Below are positions 1 to 13,149 of a stretch of DNA of 64,000 nt, in pieces; the first letter of the stretch is position 1; each line of letters begins with the position of its first letter. The notes below the pieces were generated by a model. That model was not told where the DNA came from, searched no databases, and was given only the letters and a program-made list of their open reading frames with translations. Source of the DNA: Octopus vulgaris (taxonomy: Eukaryota); contig OX597815.1 of NCBI GenBank assembly GCA_951406725.2, positions 143,902,001 through 143,966,000 on the forward strand, in the 5' to 3' direction. A program made the translations under genes and the position numbers.

Positions 1-335
1 GGGTTTCAGTTGCACAAGATCCCCTTGATTGTGTGGAGAACGATGAAAATTCTTTGAAAACTTTGCGTAGGCATCTAAGAAGGTATCACCAAGCTTTTGA
101 CAAAATTTGATGCAGATTCTCTGTTCAGCTTTTTCTCATGGTCAATGCGACGATCACACGCTACACACGTTCCTTCTAAGCACTGCTGTAAACAGTGGAA
201 GTGAGCTAGAATGTTAAAACTTAGTGTGTATGCACAACAGAATTGGAGGTCAATCTGTGCCAAGCAGCTTCACTCTGCGTGCTTTAGCTTCGTTATTATG
301 GCAACAGTCCGGATACTTATTGATCAGATGACGTG
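1..335 (-). mobile_element. Mariner (Tc1/mariner) relic: 5' TIR plus transposase N-terminus, internally deleted
   Basis: TIR-like AGTCCGGATACTTATTGATCAGA..CGT at 306-335. Minus strand ~50-126 reads EQRICIKFCQKLGDTFLDAYAKFSK, matching the mariner N-terminal EQRxCIKFCxKLGKT motif. Confidence 0.75.
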
Positions 336-539
336 TGTATGTATGCATGTATGTATGTAAGTATGTATGTATGTATGTATGTGTGTACGTATAGAGTGTT
401 TGAAGTGGTGTACAGATATTGTTTGTTGAGAAATCATTTTGGCTTTAATTTTTATCTTGAAGAGTTCGGTTAACGAACGAAAGCGCTAATTAAGAATTGT
501 CCAAAATCCTGACTGTCTCTTCTTTCACTCCCTTACTCT

Positions 540-563
540 CTTTCTCTCTCTCTCTCTCTTTCT

Positions 564-641
<78 letters not shown>
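540..641. repeat. (CT)n-(TA)n compound microsatellite
   Basis: Directly visible. Confidence 0.95.
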
Positions 642-644
<3 letters not shown>

Positions 645-889
645 TTTTAGGAATATGAAATTACTAGGAGGAGTGGATTCCCAGTCTCTTCGCTCCCGCC
701 CCCACCCCGCCCCCTTTTAGTCGCCTCATACGCCACGCAGGGAATACGGCGACTGCATTTTACCACTACCACCCTCCCCAGTCGCATAGAACGGAGCTCC
801 CCTCTTTGAGCTGGGAAATGAATGGAATGCCTGGTGTGTGATTCCTAAAAATAATGGGGAATAGGCCTGGATATATATATATATATATA

Positions 890-2110
890 TATTAGAGAAT
901 GCTCCTATGATATTTTATACTGTCCTCTTATCTCTTTGTAAACTGTTGACTGATTTCTGTTGAATTTCAGGTTAATTATTCTTCTCCTGGTGGCGGAGTT
1001 CTCAATGAGAGCTTTTTACTTGTGTTTGAAGGTGATCGATTTATAATAAAATGTTCTATTGCTATTATCTATAAATACTTTTCTATTTTGTTTTTCTGTT
1101 TTTGCTAACGATAAGTATAGTTATTTGCTTGCATTTCATAAGTACTGGTAAATAAGTTGTATTATTCCATAGATCATTGATATTTTCCCGTTTTTGAAAT
1201 CCATGGTGCTATTTTATTGTTGTTCAACCTTTGTTTACTCATTTAGTATCACCAAGATAGTGATTAACATTTCTGGAAAGAAGATATAAACTGACGTTTA
1301 TTGACCAAACGATAATTCATTACTCTTTTGTAAATATTCGCCTCCCATATGATTGCTGTTAACATCAATTTAGCGAGTGTCTTATCAATACTAGTCAAAT
1401 ACGATCTGTTTTGTAGCGCGAGTTTTTAAAAAATGGAACAATCTTTCCCTGTAATATTTCATTAAGGATATATTTCAATTGCTTACAATCTGGGCATACG
1501 AAGATTATAACATGTCTATAATTGTAACTACTGCAAGATGTTGAAAGTCGGTCTATTGCAAGGTAAAACAGAAGCAGTTGAAGTATGGTCTGTTGTTATA
1601 TGTTATATCCCAGTTTGTAGGCGTTTGTATGACCAAGGAATATATTCAAGCATTTATATTTATGTACTGTTCTCACTTTTGGTAATGAAGCTACAATTAT
1701 CCAATGCATTCACCAAATGCTGCTGTTGTAATTGTTTTATCATGAAATCGTTTGGAGAGAAGTTCGTTTCGGTACATATTCATCTTATTTACATAGCTAA
1801 CGGGCATATCTTTGAACCATTTCATAGCAATTACTTGTCGTTATTGAGTTCATAACTAATAAGATTCTGTTCACATTTTTTGATATTGTATTTTTTCTTT
1901 TGGGCTTTTCATCACTGCTGCTGTTGTTGACGTTGTCATATCCAATCATGCTGTTTGTGCAAATACAAATTAAAGACAAATATCTTTACGATCTTGAATA
2001 AAAGGTTTCTTAGATGAATGTGCTCAGAAAAATAAGTTATTTAACATTATTGATAGTTATAACATTAATGTTGGAGATAGCATTCATCGTAATTTCAATG
2101 AATAATTTCC
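890..2110 (-). mobile_element. Highly decayed Penelope-like element (RT and GIY-YIG remnants); 1940-2110 appears inverted
   Basis: Minus-strand fragments TISKNVNRIL, MKWFKDM, EYIPWSYK, WDIT and NSTEIS..YKIS(W)SIL occur in the order expected for Neptune-type PLE RT/EN. Many stops and frameshifts. Confidence 0.45.
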
Positions 2111-2916
2111 AGTATTAAACATATATGCCTCTTACGTCTGTTCACGTTGCATGCATATACTTAAATATGTGTCTGTATGCGTATATGTGCGTGTGTATGT
2201 ATTTATTTATGTCTATGTATGACTATAGTAGGTACATAGTCCGGATACTCCAGCTCAGAGTGCATTACCCAGTACTGAAATAATTATTTTCTTTGAACAA
2301 CAAATACTTGTGATGCTGTATTTATAAAACTAAACAAAAAATTAAGGTTTTCGATATAAATTACTGTTATACTTTCTGCTGAAGCTGTCCTCTCACAAAT
2401 CAAATAAATTTATGTAGCAACTTAATGTAAGTTCTTTCTACTGAGGTTACCCTCTTACGCGACAAGATTTTGTGTATCACCTGTTAATTACCATTTCAAA
2501 CTTTCGTCTAAATCTTCGATCTTCCATCTCTTCTCCCACATAATACCATGGACCATCCATTCTTTAAACTGTTATCCCACATACTCCAGTCGAGTTAAAC
2601 AGGTATAACAAGTTCCACTCTGTCATGAGCCTTGAGCACAACATATCCGTTGACCTTCGTCTCATAAGGTCTATTTTTATGAAAGTTTTATGAGATTCCT
2701 ATCAAATTGGACATTAGTGAACAGTGAACCGTATCGGAGAACAGAACACAGTTGTCAGGAATATGAAGACCCATCTCGCAAGATAGGCTGCGGCTGTTGC
2801 CTTACCTCAAGCTCAGTAACTCATACAATAATCTGAATGAAAGGTCGACAACGATCATTATTCTTAATAGGTTTTCCAATACCTCAGCCCGATAAACACG
2901 CAGTAGACACAGAATC

Positions 2917-3019
2917 ACGTACATACGTACATACATGCATACATACATGCATACATACATACATACATACATACATACATACATACATACATACATACAT
3001 ACATACATACATACATACA

Positions 3020-3049
<30 letters not shown>
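2917..3049. repeat. (TACA)n microsatellite
   Basis: Directly visible. Confidence 0.95.
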
Positions 3050-3051
<2 letters not shown>

Positions 3052-3461
3052 GATACTTACGTACAAAAACCGCTATAGCAGATAATATGAGCAATATACG
3101 GTAATAATGAGGAATACAAGAAAATGGCGCCAAATGTCTGCAGAACTGAAGATGTCGTAAGATTGAAAGACGGTCACGTAAACGAAAAACTGAAGATTTA
3201 TCAAAGAAGACATCTTGATTCATTTCCTGGAGTGGAATGGTTTAGAAACATATTAATTATAAACATCAACATGGATAGAAGATAAGGAAGAATTCCAGTG
3301 AGGGTAACAACAAAATGTCTGTTTATTTTATTGTAATGGTCCACCATTAACTAGTTGGTGTTCTAAACAGAAAACACCCTGGCTATGTATGAGTATATAC
3401 ATATATTCACATAGCTATTACCGCTCACATACACATACATAAGCGTATGCAAGTATATATA

Positions 3462-3464
<3 letters not shown>

Positions 3465-3517
<53 letters not shown>

Positions 3518-3529
3518 TTGCACACACAT

Positions 3530-3614
<85 letters not shown>

Positions 3615-3630
3615 CATACATACATACGCA
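3465..3630. repeat. (TA)n-(CA)n-(TA)n microsatellite
   Basis: Directly visible. Confidence 0.95.
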
Positions 3631-3875
3631 CATACATAAACTATATCACTTCAAGACGACAAATTGCTGGAGTCGTTTGCGCGTCGACTCGAATGACTCG
3701 TGTTGCTTGTTTCGACTATCTGCATCCTGAGTTCAAATGCTACCGAGGACAACCGTGTCTTCCACACTTCCTGGGTCGTTCGATACAACAATGTATTACT
3801 TTACTCTCATTTACTCTGTCTGTCTGTCTTTCTCCCCCCCTCTCTCTCCCCCTCTATCTATCTATCCATCTACCC

Positions 3876-3917
<42 letters not shown>

Positions 3918-4021
3918 TTATTTATCTCTATCTAGCTAGCTAGCTAGCTATCGACATTTCTCAGAATTTGCAATAAGCGACAAGATGCTGACTAGAATAA
4001 AAATGATAAATAAAAATTAAA

Positions 4022-4077
<56 letters not shown>

Positions 4078-4093
4078 CAACAACAACAACAAC

Positions 4094-4128
<35 letters not shown>

Positions 4129-4135
4129 CAACAAC

Positions 4136-4224
<89 letters not shown>

Positions 4225-4253
4225 CGACGATGACGACGACGATGATGATGATG
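4022..4253. repeat. (TAA/CAA/TGA)n trinucleotide tract
   Basis: Directly visible. Confidence 0.95.
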
Positions 4254-4254
4254 A

Positions 4255-4410
4255 AGGGCTATCCACGCAAAAGTCAGCATCAGAAATATGAGTAAAAAGA
4301 TAAGCGATTGGAAAGCAACAGGACCTGATGGTGTACAGGGATTTTGAATAAAAACTTCAGTAGATGCCATAAAATGATAGCAGAGCAATTTAATACATTG
4401 ATCGATTGTG
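4255..4410 (+). mobile_element. R4/Dong-like non-LTR fragment (RT domain 0)
   Basis: Reads KISDWKATGPDGVQGF*IK, matching NWKAPGPDGVQGFWIK of RLE-type LINEs. Directly follows a (TAA)-type tract. Confidence 0.7.
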
Positions 4411-4599
4411 TTATATCCTTATGGATAAACGAATACACTGCAACAGTGTAATAACAATATAACAGAAACAAACGGCAGTAACCACATGGAACGTAACAAC
4501 AATCTTTTAAACATCAACAATCCAACATGCTAACTCGAGCTGTAAACTTCCAACTCCAACTTTGAACTATCAATACACGAACTGTGGAGCTAGCACGAT

Positions 4600-5260
4600 G
4601 ATTTTATTCAAACTACAAGGGTTAAACAAAGAAGGGACTATACACGGGGAAAATGGGGTCGGGAACCTATCGAATGGATATTACATATATGAAAAAATGC
4701 ATTATAATTTCGGATGAAAATGGAAAAATGAATGGACACGGAATGGGTTTGACCCCACCAACTACATTCCTGCGTTGAACCCTTTACTTCGTCCTTTTCT
4801 TTTTTTCTACTCCGCTTAATTAGCCGCTTGCATACCCAACATTCGGGATACTTTCTTGACGTCAGGCATTTCTTCTCCAGACACCTTTTCCCTCTTAGGT
4901 AATATAAAACATGCCCAGAGACGAATGTGCCTGATGCGATACCTCTTCCACGCATCTTCCATATCATCTCTTTCGCTATAGCTATTACGGCTAGAAAGCA
5001 GATTTTCTTTTCTCCTTTTAGAGGAGACGGCGAAACGAGCTTAATAATCGATTCGGCTGATAGCTGTACTCTCCCTCGCTGTGATAGTACCCGTTCGGTA
5101 GAATTCCACAGGTCTTATAGACTCGGGCACTGTACGATTGCATGCAGAATAGTTTCGTTGCTCTGCCCGCAACGTGGGCATGTAGGCAAAATCGTGGCGC
5201 CGTGCCTCACGTGTTTATCCCGAACTGGCAAGGCGCTTCGGGAGCACAGCCAAACCAGGG
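4600..5260 (-). mobile_element. L1/Tx1-clade LINE 3' fragment (zf-RVT-like cysteine-rich region)
   Basis: SLVWLCSRSALPVRDKH..CPRCGQSNETILHAIVQC (CCHC) followed by IWKMR..WV, typical of Tx1/L1 ORF2 C-termini. Confidence 0.75.
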
Positions 5261-5261
5261 A

Positions 5262-5834
5262 CAACGCGAATACAAGAGACGACATGACGATGTAGCCAGA
5301 ACGATCCATGGGAGCTCTGTGGAAATCCCAGCCTGCAAAGGGCAAAGCCCAGAAGGAGTCACTGAGAATGAAACTTGCAAAATCTTGTGGGATGCAATGA
5401 TCCAGTGCGGTACCTGATCAGACATCGGAAACCGGAAATTGTCGTGGTGGAAAAAAAGTAAAAACATGCATGATGATCAGCAGAGCATGCCTCAGTGACA
5501 ACAGGATCAAAAAGAAAGAAGAAAAACCGAACAACAATGACAATTTGAAGTGGAAAATACGAAGGTTGTGGTCAATGAGGAGAATATACATTGATACCAA
5601 TAGTAATTGGCGCACTTGGAAGTATCAGCGCTCAACTACAAACATGGCTGGAAAAAATTGGTACAAATGTAAAAATAGAACATCTACAAAAATCAGTATT
5701 ACTTAGAACTACAAGAATTCTTCGCAGAGTTCTTGAATCATTACTAGTAAACAAGAGTCACCTTACTCTGCTGGCTGTGGACAGCTAACACTTTCCATCA
5801 TACCCAGCAAAATAAGCTGTGTGTTTTCACTAGA
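5262..5834 (+). mobile_element. R4/Dong-like LINE 3' fragment (restriction-like endonuclease), decayed
   Basis: QREYKRRHDDVARTIH, PEGVTENETCKILWD, IPIVIGALGS, LQKSVLLRTTRILRRVL. Ends at (TAA)n 5835-5921. Confidence 0.85.
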
Positions 5835-5904
<70 letters not shown>

Positions 5905-5921
5905 GTAATAATAATAATAAT

Positions 5922-7097
5922 AGGAGAACCGCACTAACTTTGAACAGTGACAATGAATCTCTAAATGTTGGTGATGTAAAAATTTCATGTGGCATTTTCC
6001 AGGGTGACTCACTATCACCACTCCTCTTTTGTTTAGCCTTGATACCTCTCTCAAAACTTCTCAATGACGCGCAGTACGGATATAAAATGTTTGATAAAAA
6101 TATATATCATCTCATTTACATGGATGATTTAAAGCTCTTTGCAAAAAATGACCAACAACTCAAGGGCTTACTAGCGATTGTTAAACAATTCAGTGATGAC
6201 ATCAGAATGCAATTTGGCCTCGATAAATGTGCAAAAGCTACCTTAAAATCTGAAACAGAAGGGTTTATCATAGCAGCTCAAGATCAATGCCTACCAACAA
6301 GAAACTACCAGGCCAACATATTAAAGAACGGCAGTAGCCCAACATGTCGTGTATGTCAACAACAAAATGAAACCATTGATCATGTGGTCTCCAAGTGCAG
6401 TCTTCTTGCACCTGCAGAGTATCTCAACAGGCATGATAGAGCTGCACAATATATTCACTGGGTAATTTGCAAAAACCTGGATTTGCCCCATGAAAAAAAC
6501 TGGTGGGAACACAAACCACCTCCAGTGCTTGAAAATGACCACATCTCACTCCTCTGGAACTTCACCATTCAAACTGACAGAAAGATAGATGCAAATAGGC
6601 CAGACATCATATTGAAAGACTTCAGACAAAGAACATGCCTCCTCATTGATATGTCCCAATCGATATAAACGTATCTGTCAAGACCTACCAAAAACTGTGC
6701 AAATATAAAGATCTTGAAATAGAAATCAGCAAAATGTGGAAGCTGAAGACGAAAACAATACCTGTTGTCATAGGTGCCCTGGGAATTATAGCGAAAGGGG
6801 CTGATTGCTACCTAACTCAGATGCCAGGAAACCCCAAAATGGCAGAAATTCAAAAGATAGTGCTAATGGGAACTGCTCATATCCTACGCAAAATACTTTC
6901 TATGTAATCTCAAGGTTTAAAACAAACATACTTTTCGTCTTTTGTTTTAGACATTCACTAGTACAACACCAAAAAAAAAACCCCAAATATATGGCACACT
7001 AGGCATAACAACAACATGAACTTCCAACCTGTTGTCTCTTGAGGTCTCTGGGTGAGACTTGGAGCCAACTTGTACAAATATGAAGCAAAAGTCAAAC
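5922..7097 (+). mobile_element. R4/Dong-like LINE, 5'-truncated, with internal in-frame deletion (RT core fused to CCHC and RLE)
   Basis: ORF 5940-6668 contains GIFQGDSLSPLLF, YMDDLKLF, GLDKCA, then LKSETEGFIIAAQDQ, CRVC..ETIDHVVSKC, RHD, NRPDIILKD. A shifted frame continues KYKDLEIEISKMW..IPVVIGALG. Flanked on both sides by (TAA)-type tracts. Confidence 0.92.
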
Positions 7098-7120
7098 AAA
7101 TAATGATAATAATAATAATA

Positions 7121-7179
<59 letters not shown>

Positions 7180-7180
7180 A

Positions 7181-7725
7181 AATGTTCTGATGCAGTACCA
7201 GGAAGTGGCTCTCAGGACTTCTGATCTTGACAGATTGGAAGTGTTATCATGTACATGTTTTGTCTTGGTGTAAAAGATAAGGCTACAGCAAATATTCTGC
7301 TCAAAGCCACAGATTTGTTTGTCAGTTGTTTGACCTTACTCAGTTGAGCATGTCCCTTGGTGATTGACAATATATGCATCACTGATCATAAGCAAAAATA
7401 GTGGAGGAGCATCATAGACATGTGTTGAGAGGAATTCTTTGCAGTTTGAATAATTTACCTATGTTGCTTCATTCAACATCGTTAAACAAACTTTACTCAA
7501 GGATCTTTTGAGCAGGATAGGCTACTCGACTTGAAGAAAATTGTAACTGAGACTCACCTGCAAGGTCATGCGCTGTTTATCCTGAAATCACTATGTCGTG
7601 CACATATGGTTGTGATGCATGTGTCTGGTAAATCTTTATCAGACGGGTAGTCGTGGTGGGTATATTGGGCTTCGTATATTTGTATCCCAACGTCACTTTG
7701 ATGGCATTGCTCTCTCACTCAATGA
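7181..7725 (-). mobile_element. Interspersed repeat, probably a LINE-derived 3' fragment of unassigned clade
   Basis: Homologous to 43764-43885 and 44180-44670 (ATGCAGTACCAGG..TTCTGATCTT..CAAATATTCTGCT..CACCTGCAAGGTCATGCGCTG). Orientation is inferred. Confidence 0.6.
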
Positions 7726-7741
7726 TAAAAGTAGGTAATAA

Positions 7742-8070
7742 TTTCTTTCAAATGTTGACACAAGGCTTGCAATTTTAGGGGGAAGGGGTTAGTCAGTTCC
7801 ATCGGCCCCAGTACTTTATTTTATCGACGCCCAAAACCATGAAAAACAAAGTTAACTTCGACAGAATTTGAACTAAGGATGTAAAGATCTGGAGGAAATG
7901 CCGCTTATAGCGAACATACACATACGCATATACACAGAAGTCCATGTACATATTTCTGCCCTCCATCTTTTTGGGGTCGATAAATTAAGTACCAGAGCAC
8001 TGGGCTAAATGTAGTCGGCTTACGCTCTCCCCCGAAATTGCTGGCCTTGTGCTAGCATTTGAAACCGATA
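7742..8070. mobile_element. Two SINE family B fragments (7742-7905 minus, ~7955-8070 plus)
   Basis: Share GGGGTCGATAAATTAAGTACCAG and AATTTGAAC with the fuller copies at 26675 and 41936. Confidence 0.65.
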
Positions 8071-8258
8071 ATATTCATACACACATACACACACACACAT
8101 AGTACGTACCTACACATATATGCACACGCATACGTTTATGTTCCTACACAAAACTATTTGCATAAATTCAGCGCGTAGGTTGTAAAAATACACACGCACA
8201 CACACACGCATATACGCACACACCCGCACCAACAAATACTGCACCCTCACACATATAC

Positions 8259-8302
<44 letters not shown>

Positions 8303-8504
8303 TAGACGGTAACTCTACCGTAATATATATGTGCACATAAATGTATATAATGGGTACATGCATGAGTGTGTATGTATGTGACATAAAGCATATTCTTACA
8401 CATAGCAATTTCAGAGGAAACATTTATCAATTTTACGGGTTTTTTTCTCTTTTTTTTATTGTGTAATTTTAATTTTTTTTTTGTTTTTCATTTTTGCTGC
8501 TTCA

Positions 8505-8509
8505 ACTGC

Positions 8510-8546
<37 letters not shown>

Positions 8547-8673
8547 GCTACTGCTGATGTTAATGCTTTCTTCATCTTCTTTGTCTTCTTTCCTTTCTTA
8601 AAGAAACAATGACTATTATTATATATATATTTATTTTTATTATTATTTATATTACTTTTGTTTTTATTGTTCT

Positions 8674-8742
<69 letters not shown>
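8505..8742. repeat. (GTT)n and (CTA)n tracts
   Basis: Directly visible. Confidence 0.9.
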
Positions 8743-9116
8743 CCCTATACTTCGTTTTTCTCGCTCCTCTTTTCTTCTTTTTCGCTTTCTACTTCATCTT
8801 TCCCTACTTCTTTTTGAACGAACGCAAATTCTCGAGAAGTCAGAAAGCCATTTTGGTAGTTTTAAGTGTCTCAGCTACGTGATATGTAGTGCTGCTGCTG
8901 TTGCTGTTGCTGCAACAGCTCTGGCTGCTATTGCTGCTGGTGCTGATGCTTTTGGTGCTGGTGATGCTGGCACACCTAGGAGCAAGTTTAGTTTTACAGA
9001 TGGCCATCTTGGTTAGGCTTCAACGTTCAGTCTATCAATCAATGTTGTATTGAAAGACAAGAACTGCAGGATAATCTGAGATATGTAAGCGCAGCCGAAC
9101 CCAGAAACAGGACTGC

Positions 9117-9138
9117 AGCAACAGATACAACAACAACG

Positions 9139-9174
<36 letters not shown>

Positions 9175-9430
9175 CAACAGCAGCAACAACAAAAACAACA
9201 ACGGAAGCAACAACAACAGCAGCAACAGGAGAAAGAAGAGCAAGGATGTTATGAACACACACACACACATACACACATACACACGCGTATATACATATTT
9301 ATACATATATATGTGTTTGTGCTGGTGTGTGTATGTGTGTATGTCTGTCTGTATGTCTGTCTGTATGTATGTCTGTGTGTGTATATATGCATGCATATGC
9401 ATGTGTATACATACATATAAATATATATAA

Positions 9431-9473
<43 letters not shown>

Positions 9474-9682
9474 CCTACATATATTTTAAAACAAACTTAT
9501 ATGTGTGTGTGCATATGTATATATATATACATATATATATATATATGCCTGTATATACATACATGTAAATATACATGCACACACACGCATACATATGTAT
9601 ACATATATATGTGTGTGTGTGCATGTATATTTATATGTATGTATATTCATACATATATATATATATATACGTATACATATAC

Positions 9683-9743
<61 letters not shown>

Positions 9744-9879
9744 GCATACATGCATATACATTTACATATATGTATGTAACAGCAACAACAAAGACAACGA
9801 GATAAGTGCATCAAGAAAAAAATAGCTAGAACCATTTCCCCATCACTTATAGACGAAAGGCAAAAAGAAATTGTAATAG

Positions 9880-9918
<39 letters not shown>

Positions 9919-10124
9919 ACAAGCAAAAATACCATAAACTCTTCTAGAAAAATCTCAATAGAAATAGTTGAGGTCAATGATTGGACGTTTATATCTTATC
10001 ATAGCTGTCTTTCCCATCTTTGATTCTCCATTTTATTTTTAAATATATATACAAATATAGAGATGTGTGTGCGTGTTGAGGTTGCGCATGTGCGTATACG
10101 ATTGTTCGTCCGTGTGGTGCATGT

Positions 10125-10163
<39 letters not shown>

Positions 10164-10242
10164 CACACGCACACACATCTATATATTTGTATGTATATAT
10201 GTATGTATGTGTATGTATATGTATGTATATATGTATAAACAC

Positions 10243-10291
<49 letters not shown>

Positions 10292-10448
10292 GAGTGAGTG
10301 AGAGAGTGAGAGAGAGAAATGAATGTTTCTCTACATTATACATACATAAATTTACACACACACCTATATATATATATATATACATACATGTAACATTTAT
10401 ATATATATATTTATATACATATATATACATATGTATATATATTTATAC

Positions 10449-10479
<31 letters not shown>

Positions 10480-10488
10480 GTGTATGTT

Positions 10489-10524
<36 letters not shown>

Positions 10525-10590
10525 CGTATGTATGTATGTTTATATATATGTGTGCGTATATATATATATACATACACACACTCGCACGCG
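9117..10590. repeat. Compound (CAA)n/(CA)n/(TA)n/(GA)n low-complexity zone
   Basis: Directly visible, with short unique spacers. Confidence 0.9.
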
Positions 10591-11638
10591 CGCCCACACG
10601 CTATTTGTAACGGACAAGAGGAAAAAAGCATTCTATGTAATTGGATGTATGTGTATTTTCGAGTGTATATATATGTACACGCATGTGTTGATATTTGATA
10701 TACATTCGTATTGATAGACGACATACAGTAATGTTTGTCTACCGACCTGTAGCTTATCATTTATGCATATACACGTTTTGCTACGTTTTGATGTATTTTC
10801 CGCCACAAAGACACACATGCTAACTTATATGCAAATGGATTTGTATGTCTATATGTTTATTAGTCTATTTGTCTATGTGTATGTTTGAGCTTTATAAGTT
10901 GTGTGTGTATTTTGTATGCGTATGTATGAACTCTGTCACGTACAACATCATATCTTTCAAATATTTGCATATTCTCACCCACCCATGATACAACGTAATG
11001 GCTGCCCGACAATCCAAAAAGGGCTTGTATAGAATTACATTTATTAGATTATTTCCAGTTAAATGTATATTTTAATCAGTGTCCTGCCTATATTAGTGTT
11101 GCAGCGTTTATAAATAAACATCTTTTGACGTTTAGATTTCGAAATTAAAGCAGCGACTCAGTTTACTATTTTCTAAGTTTTCATGTTTAGTCGATCTATC
11201 AGCACAATAATCCGATTCTTGAAGTTTTAATGACATTCTTTTATTCTATTCAACTAAACTTTTCTTCGATATAGCGCCGAGTTGAGTGTTTTGTATCGCT
11301 TACACTCAGCATATTTGTTATATAAGTATTATGTCTCACTCGTATTCACATATAACGAGCCATTAAATATATCAATAATTTTCTATCAAATTCAAAATGA
11401 ACGCTTATGCGTGATTTCTTTTAATGTTAGGAATTAATGTTAAGCCAGTAAGCAATCACTTCTTGTCAGAACTAGATTCGGCAACAAAGATATGGTTTGT
11501 CACGACGGTCTACCATTCTTAATGCATATTAAGCTCTCTGGTTTTTACTGTTTCGTAGGCAAAGCTAATTAGAGCTCACCATTGCTACTTCAGTCATTAA
11601 GTTACTAAACTGCTTCAAATGTACTCTACGGCGACGCT

Positions 11639-11690
<52 letters not shown>

Positions 11691-11693
<3 letters not shown>

Positions 11694-12040
11694 TCTTTTA
11701 CTTTTTTACTCTTTTACTTGTTTCAGTCATTTGACTGTGTCCATGCTGGAGCACCGCCTTTAATCGAGCAAATCGACCCTAGGACGTATTCTTTGTAAGC
11801 CTAGTACTTATTTTATCGGTCGCTTTTTGCCGAACTGCTAAGCTACGGGGACGTAAACACACCAGCATCAGTTGTCAAGCGATGTTGGGGGGACTAACAC
11901 AGACACACAAACATACACACGCACGCACACATATATATATACATATATACGACGGGCTTCTTCAAGTTTCCGTCAACCAAATCCACTTACAAGGCTTTGG
12001 TCGGCCCAAGGCTATAGTAGAAGACACTTACCCAAGGTGC
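11691..12040 (-). mobile_element. tRNA-derived SINE family A, 5'-truncated
   Basis: Colinear with the full copy at 57247-57655. The 3' tail abuts (TA)n. Confidence 0.85.
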
Positions 12041-12194
12041 TCGAGGAAAGTTTCACGATTAAAAACAAGCAATTCTAGTGTTATTACTCCTGATATCTCA
12101 GTTGTTCATATGTAGGGAGAGGGAGGGGAAGGGAGGGAGAGACAGACAGACAGACAGACAGAGAGGTTGAAATAAAAGATTATTTCTTAGATAT

Positions 12195-12262
<68 letters not shown>

Positions 12263-13149
12263 TCATGATGTTAGTGGTGTTGGTTTAAGATGGATAGTGG
12301 TTATGCTGGTGGTTATGGTGCTGATGTTGGTAGTGATGGCGATGGTAATGATAACGATGCGGCAGCGGTAGATGGTTATGGTAGCAGTGGTGGTGTTAGA
12401 ATATTAACGATAGTGCAGTGATGGTGGAAGTGTTAGTTTCTAACCCTATTTCTACCTTCTCCAACCTGTTTCTGTAACAGACCCTAGCCACAAAGCATTA
12501 CAATACAACACATCTCACTTCAAGGCTCACTGAACTTATTTTACGAATGCTATTTCCCGTCTATCAGTTTATCTATTTACTAACATTGTTTTCCCTGTTG
12601 TTTTTATTTTTTTTTTTGTTGTTCCTTTTCTTGCTGAAATTGTTTAGTTTCAGATCAGCCCTGATCCGGAAGATTACGATCAAAGAAATTCCATCCGTGA
12701 CGGTTCTGTTGATTTCCATTCACTCAGCAGCATCAAATTTTACTCATTTAAAACCCTAGTTATTTAATAAGGTTCCTATTTTATGCCATGCTGTATCACA
12801 CTGACAAATTGTACATCATATCGTATAATAATTGATTCATTACAGCACATAATATGATAGATAACTCTTCGCGAACAAAAACTACAGAGCTGAACATTGG
12901 TTCATACAACGTAACCTACGCTGTCATGACTATTTTTATTGCGCCAAGCTGTATAATGAAAATAGCTATAGTATTAAAGACGCATATTAAGCAACCACTC
13001 AAAAACTAACGGAAACCTTATATCACTTAAACACTTATAATCTGGTATCAAAGTTTTCGTCACTCCAGCTGCGACCTTAGTGTTTGCTCGCTTTTGAATG
13101 GTTAATACGTGTCTGCTACGATGGGATTGTTTTAGTTTAGACACACAGT

